A stretch of 64,000 nucleotides of DNA from Mytilus edulis (lineage: Eukaryota): the NCBI RefSeq assembly GCF_963676685.1, contig NC_092348.1, positions 496,001 through 560,000 of the forward strand, read 5' to 3'. The notes under the pieces were generated by a model, which was given only the letters and a program-made list of their open reading frames with translations, was not told the origin of the DNA and did not search any database. Positions 11,801 through 24,700 of this stretch are shown here, piece after piece. The translations under genes were made by a program, and so were the position numbers. Positions within the stretch are counted from its first letter, which is position 1. Each line of letters begins with the position of its first letter.

Positions 11801-14709
11801 AACTCAATTTGAGACAGTCAAATCTACATTTTTGGACGGCCAAGCTTAAAATACAATACAGCTATCTCCTAATTCATATACAGTACTGTATCAATAAGGA
11901 GACCAAAATGTCATAATGGTAAGCAACTATAGCTCGTCATTTAGCCTTCAACAATGTAACCCCATACTGTACAGTCAATAATAAAAGGCCCAGGAATAGT
12001 TTACCAATGTATAGGTTTTGAATACCTAAACATTAGCCTTTTTCTTTTAAAGCTCTCTAACCATTATGCCAACATAAAAATACAGCAGAATTTTAATGAA
12101 TTCTTTTATCAGATGTTTAATATCGTATAATGTGATGTCAGTCTTGTGGAGAACTAAATAACTAGAAACACATCAATATAGGACTCCTTTTATAGGCTCA
12201 TGGAGTATGAGAAATTGAATCTCAAATGTTATGAATGTATAGCAGGACATTTCTACTTTATTAACTCACTCTGAGCATCTGTGGTGTGGGAGGGTACAAC
12301 CTTGTGTCTATGGCCTCATTATAGGCTGGAGGAGGCTCAAATAAAGATGATCTTTCTGGATCCATGTCGTTATCTATTGATGCTGCAAGATAAATATAGC
12401 TTAACATGAACATTGCTGGTCTATTGAAAAGTGTGACAAGGAAACAAACATTCCTTTCAACATATTTCATAAAACTGAAACTAAAACAAAGTAAATTAGG
12501 TGAATGAGACAACAATGTCAGGAAGGATAACAATATGCACAAATGTATGCAACATTCAAGTGTTCACTTCTAAAATATGTTAATGTACTGGTATGTATCA
12601 TAACGATTAAGACTCTTTACATTTTCATGATTTTGAATGTATTTCACAAATGATTAGCATCAACAGCTACTGTTTACTGTTTTAGATACATACATTATAG
12701 ATAAATACTCAAATAAATAACAGACTTTTATAAGGGTTCAAATAGAGCCCCTACATATAACAAGACTTATATGAGGGTTAAGATAGTATCCTTTAATTTT
12801 GAAGCTGGAAAAGGCAAATGAAAAACTTATCCACATTTATTTATGTATATAGCATCAATGACATGTGCTACAGTATTTACTCTTGTTTGTGAGAATCAAT
12901 GGTGCTACAGTACTTACTTTGATGTCTTGACCTTGACCTTGTTTGTGAGAATCAATGGTGCTACAGTACTTACTTTGATGTCTTGACCTTTACCTTGTTT
13001 GTGAGAATCAATTGTACTACCATACTTACTTTGATTTCTGAACCTTGACCTTGTTTGTGAGAATCAATGGTACTACCATACTTACTCTGATGTCTTGACC
13101 TTGACCTTGTTTTTGAGAATCAATGGTGCTACAGTACTTACTTTGATGTATTGACCTTGACCTTGTTTGTGAGATTCAATGGTGCTACAGTACTTACTTT
13201 GATGTCTTGAGACCTTTACCTTGTTTGTGAGAAACAATTGTACTACCATACTAACTCTGATTTCTTGACCTTGACCTTGTTTGTGATATTCAATGGTACT
13301 GCAGTACATACTCTGATTTATTAACCTTGACCTTGTTGAGAATCAAAGCTACTACCATATTTATTCTAGTGTCTTGACCTTGACCTTGTTGGTGAGAATC
13401 AATGGTTCTACAGTTCTTACTTTGATTTCTGAACCTTGACCTTGTTTGTGAGAAACAATTGTACTACCATACTTACTCTGATGTCTTGACCTTGACCTTA
13501 TTTTTGAGAATCAATGGTACTACAGAACTTACTCTGATTTATTAACCTTAACCTTGTTTTTGAGAATCAATGGTACTGCCATACTTACTATGATGTCCTG
13601 ACCTTGAGCATGTTTTTGAGAATCAATGGTACTGCCATACTTACTCTGATTTATTAACCTTAACTTTGTTTTTGAGAATCAATGGTACTACAGAACTTAC
13701 TATGTGGTATGATGTCTTGACCTTAACCTTGTTTTTGAGAATCAATTGTACTGCCATACTTACTATGATGTCTTGACCTTGACCATGTTTGTGAGAATCA
13801 ATGGTACTACAGTACTAACTCTGAGTTCCTAACCTTGACCTTGATTTTGTGAACCAATTGTACATTACTACAGTTATTACTCTGATTTATTAACCTTGAC
13901 CTTGTTGAGAATCAAAGCTACTACCTTACTTACTCTGATGTCTTGACCTTGACCTTATTTGTGAGAATCAATGGTACTACAGTACTTACTCTGATTTCTT
14001 AATCTTGACCTTGTTTTTGAGAATCAATGGTACATTACTACAGTACTTACTCTGATTTCTTAACCTTGACCTTGTTTGTGTGAACCAACAGCACTTTACT
14101 ACAGTACTTACTCTGATTTCTTAACCTTGACCTTGAAGCATTTCTTTGTCTTTGTTGAAAACAGTATAACACAATAAGGAAAATCACCACAGCTATTCCC
14201 ACTACGATCATAATTAGTATCGTGTTCTGATTCATCAACTGTTCCTCAGCTGAAATCACATCAAATTTACAACAAAACTCTTAATAATTTCCACTTAGTA
14301 TTTCGAAAGAGGTCAGTTGTATTTTAGTTATAACTAGAGGCTAAGAGCTATTTAACACTATTATGTCCTAATATCATCAATGCTCAGATGAGACAGCTTG
14401 CTGATCATTCTTTGTTAATTCTCAAAATTAGGGTCAGAAGGGAAACTTTAAACACATAATACATCATTTCCCTTTTTTTTCAATTCTTTTGTGTAAACAT
14501 GGTAAATAGTCAATTTAATCTGGGGATTAACAGTGAATGATATGTCAATAAAGATGATAAATATTGAATGGAATTTTCTGTTTTCAATCTAAGAAGAACT
14601 TACGACACAGATCTATCTTTGAAATACATCTTCCATCATTACAAGTTTTCTCCCCTGAAAGCTCACATGATCGGTACTCAGGTTCTTTTGGCACAGTTAT
14701 GGTGGTCAT
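8855..14709 (-). CDS. Single-pass membrane protein with partial LDLa-like Cys module and two PPxY motifs (LDLRAD4/PMEPA1-like), about 231 aa
   Basis: Coding exons 14709-14604 (MTTITVPKEPEYRSCELSGEKTCNDGRCISKIDLC), 14249-14112 (TM ILIMIVVGIAVVIFLIVLYCF then QQRQR), 12382-12270 (FEPPPAYNEAI), 9193-8855 (TPPPNYDTAL...stop). All introns are GT-AG with matching phases (1,1,0). A probable 5'UTR exon ends at a GTAAGT donor at 16156. Confidence 0.85.
9568..11597. repeat. 43-bp minisatellite, intronic
   Basis: Unit TAACTTTGTCTAGTGTTTATGTTTGGCGTTGGGAGTATACATA, about 47 copies, with an interspersed shorter GACTTCACATTG variant. Confidence 0.97.
12865..14135 (-). repeat. 56-bp tandem array made of an exon 3' end plus its splice donor
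   Basis: About 22 copies of CAAGGTCAAGGTYAAGAMATCARA|GTAAGTA plus about 25 intronic nt; the first copy is the real exon end at 14112. Confidence 0.92.
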
Positions 14710-14869
14710 GTTTTTAAATCTAAAATGTTTTCCCAACCTGAAAAATAGTTTAAAAAAACTAATTACGAATTGAACATTTTTCCTTAATGTTCTATCAATG
14801 TTTTAAAAACAAAAGTAATAAGTAATTATTTCTGTATATATGCAATAAAGATTTTTTATAAAGATAAGT

Positions 14870-15805
14870 ATAAAGGGTTAACGAAGAATATGGAAAATGT
14901 CACAGTCGAGATTTCAGAGATTGTTACATTTGACTATGCAGTATTAGATGTTGTAGCAACATGAGTAATGAGGTCGAAGATGAAACACATTTTCTTTTCA
15001 ACTGTGATAGTTTATCAGACCAAAGGAAAGACATGATAACAATGATAAATAATTGCTGCAAAAATTTTAAAAATCTTGACCTTAACCAAAAACTGATATG
15101 GTTAATGAATAATGAAGATGAGAATTTATTATCAGAATTATGCATGTTCATTAAGAAATATGAAAAGTGTTAATGGGATTTATCTCCCTCTACTACTTGT
15201 AATTTGAACTTTATATTTTCTCTATAGTGAGTTCTAGAGCACCGTCCCTTGATGAATATTGCCCAGTAGCAATGTCAACCCTTGCTGCTGTGCATTAATC
15301 ATGAGGAGAATCACTATTGGAGTAATCTCATGTATCTGTAGCTAGTTCTGAAGGATCTCCCCTTGATGACCTTTGCATTGTTGTGATGTAAAAGTCCCTC
15401 ACTGCTGTGCACTGGTCATGAGGAGAACTACTGCATGTAAACATAAAATTGTAAATTTTACCCACGCATGCACGGCACATAGTCATCAATATTATGATGG
15501 AGTGCGGAAACTAAAAGAAGAAGAAGAAGAATGAGATACTATATTCCTGGTTCTATTTTTACTTTTTATTTCCGTATTAATAAACTTTATATCATATTCT
15601 TTTAATATTAAATCGACCTCATTGCACTCAATGCCTCTTACCTTAATTATATCCTACATTGCTCATATTATCAATTTATTATTTGTGTATTACTTATAAT
15701 ATTGTGTATTTCACTAATGTTTATATAATTATTGTATGATGTTTTTGTATCTTGCCCCACAAGGGCCCATGATTGGTTTAATAAAATAATGTCTAAAATG
15801 TCTAA
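14870..15805 (+). mobile_element. 3' remnant of a non-LTR retrotransposon (CR1/L2-group ORF2 tail plus 3'UTR)
   Basis: C..EVEDETHFLFNC zinc-knuckle-like ORF2 C-terminus (14961-15173); the 3' end has AATAAA and a short tandem tail (AATGTCTAA)x2. Confidence 0.65.
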
Positions 15806-16156
15806 TTAGTCCATGAGATTCCAATCCTTCTTACTATACAAATCCTTGGTTTTTCTCATTGTTGACGGCTGTACTAACAAACTTTCAAATACTACTTATT
15901 TTCAAAAGTTATAAAAGGCAAAAATGAAAGGTCAATAAATAAAATTAAAAGTAATATATGTAACAAAATTTCCATTAATTTAAATAAAGGTATGATGCGG
16001 TAAATACTTTTAGTACATGGCCGAAACTACCAAAGCCGAACTGCCTATATGACCGAAACGTCTTGTTCCCCACTCCTCATCGTTCTCAAAGTCATTTAAA
16101 AACAAATGAGAAATAAACAACGTGGGTGTACACGATAAAAAATGATTGACACTTAC

Positions 16157-16634
16157 ATTTATTACGTTAATACATATCAGTATTATTTATCGTAACTTCA
16201 AAGTATTTTCTAGATTAATTTTAGTCCATACTGAAGCTTTACTTTGCTTGTACAAGTTCCTTTTTTGAGCACTCCACTCTCTTGTTTCTTTTTATTTTGT
16301 TAATAATCTAGTAAATAACCAAACCAACTTCGGTCAATTTCTCCGGAACGATTCTTTTGGGGAATATTATCACCTTTCTATTGTCTTTTGTTAGAATTAA
16401 CAGAGATATGTTGGCTTGGCTGTTTTATACATATCAAATCTTCCTTTAAATATCACAGTTCGAAATTGCTGTAAAAAAATTAACACAAAAACATCCGAAC
16501 TTGTTTATTTTATTACAATCTAAACACGATTTCCGGTTTACTAAATTATTTCCCCTGGACCTTGTTTTCAACATAATTTGCAGCCTCTAATCCACAAAGT
16601 TCGTCTACCTAACGATATAACCATCATAGAAAAG
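16157..16634. promoter_or_regulatory. Probable bidirectional promoter with divergent non-coding first exons
   Basis: Minus-strand donor GTAAGT at 16156-16151 and plus-strand donor AG|GTATAT at 16634/16635 flank a locally CpG-richer segment with an ETS-like TTCCGG at 16531. It lies between the two head-to-head genes. Confidence 0.55.
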
Positions 16635-18774
16635 GTATATTTGTGTTATTCAAGTGATAATAAGACATTGTTGCTGTTTATTGACAGAAACCTACATATT
16701 TAAATTGAAAAATTAATATGTTTAAAAAAATACCAATTTGCCATTATATTTTTTTTTGGTAGACATTATTTTTTAAATCTATATATTAAAATCCAAACAA
16801 TAGAAATATACTTTGGTTTGATGATTGTAACTTGATTTGGCAAAATATCCTTATCCTGATTCGTCAGAGGTCTGAAATATTTCTTCTTCTTCTATAATAT
16901 TTATTTGCTACTGGCAACTGTTATTTTTGGAAAAATATTTTAAAACATGATTTGTTTAAAAGAAAGTGAACATTTTATCGTCATATACTTAAAATTCATT
17001 CACCAAGAATTTTACAGTTGTTAGTCAAAAAGGTTCCTCTATAACCACTTATCGCAGGTTACAGTAGACAGAAATATACAAATGTGCCTCTATTTCTTCT
17101 TTAATGTTTTTTTTTTTATTTGTTTGTGCAAAATATTTCCAAAAACGTTCAAAAGTAATGATAAAATTAGTGACAAATCCATCCGAGGTATATAGATGAC
17201 CTATTGGATATTTTTTAAATGGTTGCCCAGATTTCACAAGATTCTTCTCCATTCTTCATATATCAAGAATATTAAATGAATTTTGCACCGAACTCTGTTA
17301 AATTTGAAGGACCAGAATTTCAGGAGCATTTGGTTTATATTATCTGGAATTTAAATTATCTGGAAATTCTTGTGTTCATCAAAATTTGCATCGTTTGGTG
17401 CGATGAATGTATATCATGTATATTATACAATCCAGGAGTAGAAATATGTTTGAAATTTTCTCTGAGAGTCCAACTGAAAAAAATAAATTTGGCAATATTG
17501 TGTCTGAGGAAGGCATCACAGCAAATGATTAAAAAAGCCTTTCAAGTTGTCACAACTATTAGAACATTTGTACTAGGAAATTTTATGCTCCCTTGGATGT
17601 GATCAGATTCAAATTTGAAGAATGGTGTGCTTCTTTATCATGTTTATGATGAAAAATTAAAAAAAATCCATAAAAAAATAAAAACTAGAATGGAGTAGAA
17701 AGCTTATTTTGATAATGCTACCAGTGTAGACTAAAAGCAACTAAAATCTACCATCTATATGTATATTGATATCATCAACACACTTTTGAAAAACAATATC
17801 ATGATTAAAGTGCAGAGTTTTATTTTGTCTAAACCCAAAATATCAAATTAACAGGACCAACAAACACATTAAATTCCATGGGAAAACCAAGATTTTAGCC
17901 ATATGATTTAGTTGGATCAAGTACATGTACATTGTCACGTTTGGCCTTACATTTATTTTTAATTTGTCCTATATAGATAAAGATAGTCTGCGTTTTTCCA
18001 GTTGAGTGATGTTACAGAAGTTGTGGTCATAGGACAAAGAGCTGAAAATAATAGTTTGCTGACAAGAATACCTTGGATCTGCAAGTAAGCCATACCAAAG
18101 TGGTTGTAATTTCCCTAAACCCCTCTTTTTTTTCTTTTTTTTTTGTGTACATGTAAATCATGTACATGATGTATGAAAAAAAAAGCTTGCTCTGATTTCT
18201 TGTATCAATTATTAATTTCAATCTGTTTTAAATTGTCTAATTTAATATCACTATAAAGTGTGTCAACATTGCTCAATAAATGTTTATTTAGTTTCACAGT
18301 ATAGAATGTAAAACAAGATTATACTCTCAGGTTAACAACAACATTTTCTGTAAAAATTGATATTTGCACTAAAAAAAAATTCTGACAGGTGGGCCTGAAT
18401 AATTTACACGTGCATGGGGAAACCAGCATTCATATTTCCATGGCCTATCATGTTTGGTTAGACTGGAAGTTGTGAAAGTGTTCACAGGATTGGATTAATA
18501 ATGAGATAAAATATTAAACAACTTGTTTTCAATTAGCTCCTTTTGATTGCAATTTAATACTTGTCTCCCAAACATCCCATAAACAGGTAGGTGCCCTTCA
18601 TTGCTTTTCTGTGTTGATGGCCCTTCTTTGACCAATAATGGTTTACTCTTCCATTTGTGACTTGGATGGATAATTGTCTCATTGGCACTCATACCACATA
18701 TTCTTGTATTTATGTAGCCTCTTAAAGTGACTTTGTATTGAAATATCCTAATATATTATTTTTTTTATAAAGAT

Positions 18775-21700
18775 ATGACTGAAGTACCAAAGGCATTAGA
18801 ATTAATGTCTGATCTGAGAAGTAAAACACAAGATGTTATTAACCATACAGACAACATTCTAAAGAAGGCGAAGGAAGGACAGTTTGATACGTCAAAGGTA
18901 AATAGAGCTTATTACCAGATATCATTAATTAGACAGTATTTCAATGAAGGTTCTAATGCCACATCTTAATTATCTCCCTTGAATTATACAAATATTATCT
19001 TCTCTGTTCATGATCAAATAATTTTGTAATTCTTTTGTATTTTTATGAAAGAATAATTCATGGAATCATATGTCATGTATGTTTATAAAAGAAAATACAA
19101 GTCAATGGTCAGTTTTATTAAAAATTTTACAAATGTTATAAAAGATGACAGCCAAATAGATATTCATCTAAAGAGTATAATTTCTGTTTTAGGGAATCAG
19201 TTTTCTAGAGACTAAGTACCAGTTGTTACTAAGTTATTTGATTGACTCTACATTCCTATTCCACAAGAAGACCAGTAGCCAGTCCATCAGTGGGGATCCT
19301 TCTATAGAACGACTTGTAGAGATTCGTACTGTATGTTAAATCAATATAGATAGCCACTTGATTTAAAGCAAGCACTTAATATCACTTTAATATCATATCA
19401 ATTAATGTAGCATGTATTTTAAGACAATATATTTATTTACAAAGGAGATGTACATTATTTTCATTGATATAAAAATGAAGAGATATGGTATGATTGCTAA
19501 TGGGACACCTATCAACCATAGTTAAAGGGAAGTAAATGTCTACCGTTATAGGCCCCTGTACAGCATTCAATAATATGAAAAACCCATACTGTTGCATGGT
19601 ATATAGTCGGCTATAAAATGCTCAGACATGAAAAATGGGAAATATTTCAAATAATAAAACTAATTGATAAAACGTTTTACTATAAACAAATATGACTTAC
19701 ATGAACATCAACCACTGGGCTACATGCTTGAGAAAGGCACATACAGAATGTGTCAGGATTATACATGTTCGTGAGTGCTCAACCCCTCTCTAAACTGTTA
19801 CAAAATCATGTGCCCACTCCCAAAGAACAATGGCAACGTTGTGAAGAAATTATTAAATGATAATCAAAAGATCTTCCATTAACATAACATGGTGTTCTAA
19901 TTTTTCGTACAAATGCTGCTACATTTTTTCAAAACTTAAATTACTTGGTTTATTCTTGATTGTTTCAGGTATTGGAGAAGATGAGACCAATAGATCAGAA
20001 ACTCAAATATCAGATAGATAAAGTGATTAAAACAGCTACCACTGGAGGAACAGGTTTGAAACAAGCTTCCTTTGGAGTGATAATTTTGAAATATTTTTTT
20101 TTAATGGACATTTTACAAATAAATAATTTTCTGCTGTAATTGTCAGGTACGTCTCATTATGTTCAAACATCCAGACTGACCATGACAATGTAAGACATTT
20201 TCTTTTTTATTTTCCGTATCGTAATTATAGATCTATATAAATCATCATACCGGTATATCTTTGATTATTACCAGGGTTAATCACTATGTAAATCCCAATG
20301 TACCATTAAAGATGAATCTAAATCCATTATTGTTTTATTTTTAGATGAGGCAGATCCACTCAGATTTAAAGCAAATCCAAATAATTTCACTAACAAGGTA
20401 ATCTTTATTCTCATATGATTTGTATGCAACATTTTTTTTCCTTTTTTTTTGATGGTCAAATCCACAAATTAAATGTTATGAAAATTAGGAGATGTGGTAT
20501 GATTGTCAATGAGACAACCAACCAGACTTCAAAAGATGTGGCTTTAGGCAATATGTATTAATGACTTACTGTATGGCCTTCAACAATGAGAAACACCCTT
20601 ACCGTTTTGAAAGCTCATTGTAAAGTTGTAATGATTTGAAGAGTTGGTTCTGTCGTTCGTTTTTTTTACTTTGGCATCTTATTTCAAATATAAGACTGAT
20701 ATTTCCAATTATAACTCTCTATTACATAGTTGCTATGGACTTCTAATACTATCACATAGTGGCTAGAAACAGATATTTTAGTGATTTTGTATATTAACTT
20801 GTGATATGTTTGATATTTTAAAATATAAACAAGCCATCAATCAAAAATGATTGACAGCCAAAACTATGCAAATTAAAATAGCTGTAATGATAACTTATTA
20901 TTTTGTAGTTAGAGGATGAAGATGAATCAGGAACAGATGAGGACAACGAAACAAAATCTATCAACAAATCAAAAGTTTATGTCCCCCCAAGACTAACACC
21001 TGTACATTACGGTAATTCTATAATAAGTTAAATACCCTTTTCAGCTCACATTGTCCAACAGGATTGATGAGTTTTTATCATCACTTGGCTTCAGTATTCT
21101 GTTATCCTTGTCTGTGGTCATTTATTAACTTTTACAAAAAATCTTCTCTGAAACCAAACTACATGTAAACCAAAATCATTCTTCGGGTCAAGAAGCAAGT
21201 ACTGTCCATTTTCTTTTATTTTTTTTTATAGAAAGTTAACATTTGACAAGAAAGAAATGTTTACAATGTAAAGATTTAACAAATTGTGTTGTCCTAGAAT
21301 TTCAGACACTTTTTTTGAAGGAGTCATTGCCATAAAATGATGATATTTTAATGAATTTTCATAATATTGCAAGTGAGTAAGTGTATATGGGGAAAAGGAT
21401 CAGCAAGACAATATCTACAAAAGAAAACCTTTCTTGTATAAATTGTTAGTCAACTTTTTACAGAGTTATTGCCCTTGAAAGACATAATTTTGATAATTAC
21501 TTCAAAAACTTTAGTAGATATGTATAAACTGTAAAGATGATCATCAAATACAAGATCTACAATATGCAAATAAATAGGAGTTACAAATAAGGAAAACATA
21601 AATATCAGAATGGAATATATTTATTTGTTGAGCAATTCAGCTTTTTTATTTGTAGGAACTTTTACCATACAGATTTGGATGAGACAGTAAACGATAAAGA

Positions 21701-24700
21701 TAATCTTATGTTTTACAAGAGTTACGACCCTTTGTGTTTATCTATTAGAACAGATTTGGATGAGACAGTAAAAGATAAAAATTACCTTATGTTTTACAAG
21801 AGTTATGTCCCTTTGTGTTTATTTATTTGAATAGTTTGGATGAACAGATTTGGATGAGACAGTAAAAGATAAAGATTGCCTTATATTTTACAAGAGTTAT
21901 GACCCTTTGTGTTTATTTATTTGAACAGATTTGGATGAGACAGTGAAAGATAAAGAAAGTAAAGCAATAGAGAGAGCCAAGAAGAGAGCTTTAAGTAGTA
22001 GTATACTAAAAGAACTGAGAGATGAATATTATGAAGGACCAGAAGAAGTCAAGGTTAAACTTTTTATGATTAACATGTTATTTGCTCTTTTGTGCTTAAC
22101 CCTCATTCCCTTTATTCCTAAAAATGGATGTCCAATAAAATCTGAAAGAAATCCTAGACATGTAAAAATATTTATTTGATTTTACTAAAAAAATGTGTAT
22201 GTTTAATTGTTAAAAATAATCAATTAAGATTTTGCAAAATTCAACCACTTAAATTGACGACCAGTTCAAGATTTAAAACAGACACTACTTTAAGCAAGAT
22301 AAAATCTATCAGTCATAGAAAATATGGATATCCATGCTATTTTGAAATCTTTATTTATTTTGTGGCTCTCCATTTTTCATTATTTTCCCTTTTGTTTTGA
22401 AAGTCTCCACTATGAAATCTTAGTATGATAAGAAAAAAATGATGTGGGTTTACACCAATTCAATAAAACAGCAATTTTATAGCAGAAATATAAATAAAAC
22501 ATCTAAGAGCAGATAACTACACATCTGAATTACATTAATATGATCATGTGAGATTTTAACAACCTTGACTGGCTATAAAGCCCTCGCATGGTCATTATAT
22601 TTCGAACATTTATACCAAATATTTGACACCTTTTTAAGGACAGGAAACATGAAGATATAAACAGCCTGTAATATCCTGTCTTTGGAAACCATACCTCATC
22701 TTCTTATTTCTATGTATACATTGTGTGGTATAAAAGAGTGAGTTTTAAATGATTAAATACCCTGTATTAATGTCTAATGTTATTTATATTTTTAGGAAAG
22801 TATTGACCTACACAGATTTAAAGCCAACAAGAAAGCTAAAGAAAGAACAGAGTATGTATTTAATTGAAGTAGTAAACAATCAGTATGACAATCCATTTTT
22901 GTTCAAACAAATTTATACCAGAAAAAATCTCAAAGGAAAATTCATTATTAAACTCAAAGAAAATTTTATGAGTTTCATTCAATAAAGATACAACATTAAG
23001 AATTTAGAATGATGTGATTAGGAAAACTTTATTATTATTTGTCAAAAATCCAAAAAGATATCATTTAATTTCTATTTTTGTATAAAAATGTTTCCAAACA
23101 AGAATGAATCGTTTTCACAGTAAAATGAATGGTCCATGAATATTTTGATTATCTTCTGTATTTGATGAGCAACACAACAGGCATCACATGTGGAAGAGGA
23201 TCAAATTACCCTTCATGAACACCTGAGACCCCCCCTCCTTTCCAGTTATTGGTGATGTTTGTGTTTTCTATGTTGTGTCTGGTGTACTATTGTTTGTCTG
23301 TCTTTTTTTTAGTCATGTTGTTGTCAGTTTGTTTTCGATCTATGAGTTTGAGTGTCCCTCACTATAGTATCTTTCGCCCATCTTTTATGATTTTAACATT
23401 TGATTTCAGATATGAAGAAGAAAGAATGATGAGAATGTCAATATCAAAGAAAGATAAGGTAAGATTATCTAGCTGTGTCATATAACAAATTATAAACACA
23501 TGTTATAATGAGTTATTAAAGCAAATCTTTTTATAGGTATGGCTTGTACTTTGTTCAACTTTGAAGTATAAATTAAAGCCACCATAATATACGGAAACAA
23601 AATAAGATTACATATTATTACAGGCAATCATTATATGCACTTATATTTGTTTTATGTGTGAAGAAATTAATTTAGCCTTAAGTGTTGAAAGTAGTTTTAA
23701 ACATCAAGAGTTATTCAGTACAACAGACCATACTTACCACCAATAAATTGATGCTAAAAAAAATAAAGATAGAAAACAACAAAGAATGACAAATGATCCA
23801 AATAGCCTGACTTGGTTCAGTTAATTTATAAATGCTTTAATATGTGATTGTTTATAGAATGAAATGTCGTTTCTAATTATATAATGATATTAAAAAATAT
23901 TTCTATTTTTAGAATGCTATGAGAAAATTGGGAACTTTATCATCTTTGAATAACCTGACCCAGTTTGATGATATTAGTATTTTAGATGATGAAAGACAAG
24001 GAGAATTTGTATGTATTCAGTGTACTGTACATTTATTGTTAGTCTTTCTGTTTATTTTTAAAACCTCACATGGTCTATACATAATTAAAACCAGGACATA
24101 AGTGTTTAAGATACAGATCATTGTTATATGATATGACCCTGCATTTCTACTGCATTCAGTTTGACAGTCACCCCTTCTGTGATACCTTATTATGATTTTA
24201 AGATTTTGTAAAATATATGAAAAAAATATTCTTGTACTAATGTTTAGGCCTTTATGGTTGGTTTGGTTTAAGCTTAAGGGTAAGAGCTAGTGTTATGATT
24301 ATGTATAAGTTAGGATTAGGTTTTGGAAGATGATTTAAAATCTATAAGGTTTTGGACCCCTCAAGTAGATAAAAAACCTTTGATAAAATGTCTTATAGCT
24401 TAAGAAAAATAAGTTTAGAAAAATTAATATATGTTTTCTTTGGAAGCTTTCAACAGCACAAAAAGTTATATAGATGTGTTTCAACTGCATGGCAATTTAC
24501 GATGAGATATTAATGTCAAACATGGCAGAAAACATTAAAAAATGGTATACCACTTATTATCTCCCCTTAGTGTTGTTTTGTAAAACAATTTTAATATTCC
24601 AAATGGGCATAAAGACATGAGTTATGAGTATTTATGCAATTTTACAAGATGTATGTGCATTTTTAAAAACATAGAAGTATAAATAAAATTTCAATAAATT

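Noticed and set aside
14961-15173. 70-aa ORF as a host gene
   Set aside because: It is the C-terminal fragment of a LINE ORF2 in an intron.
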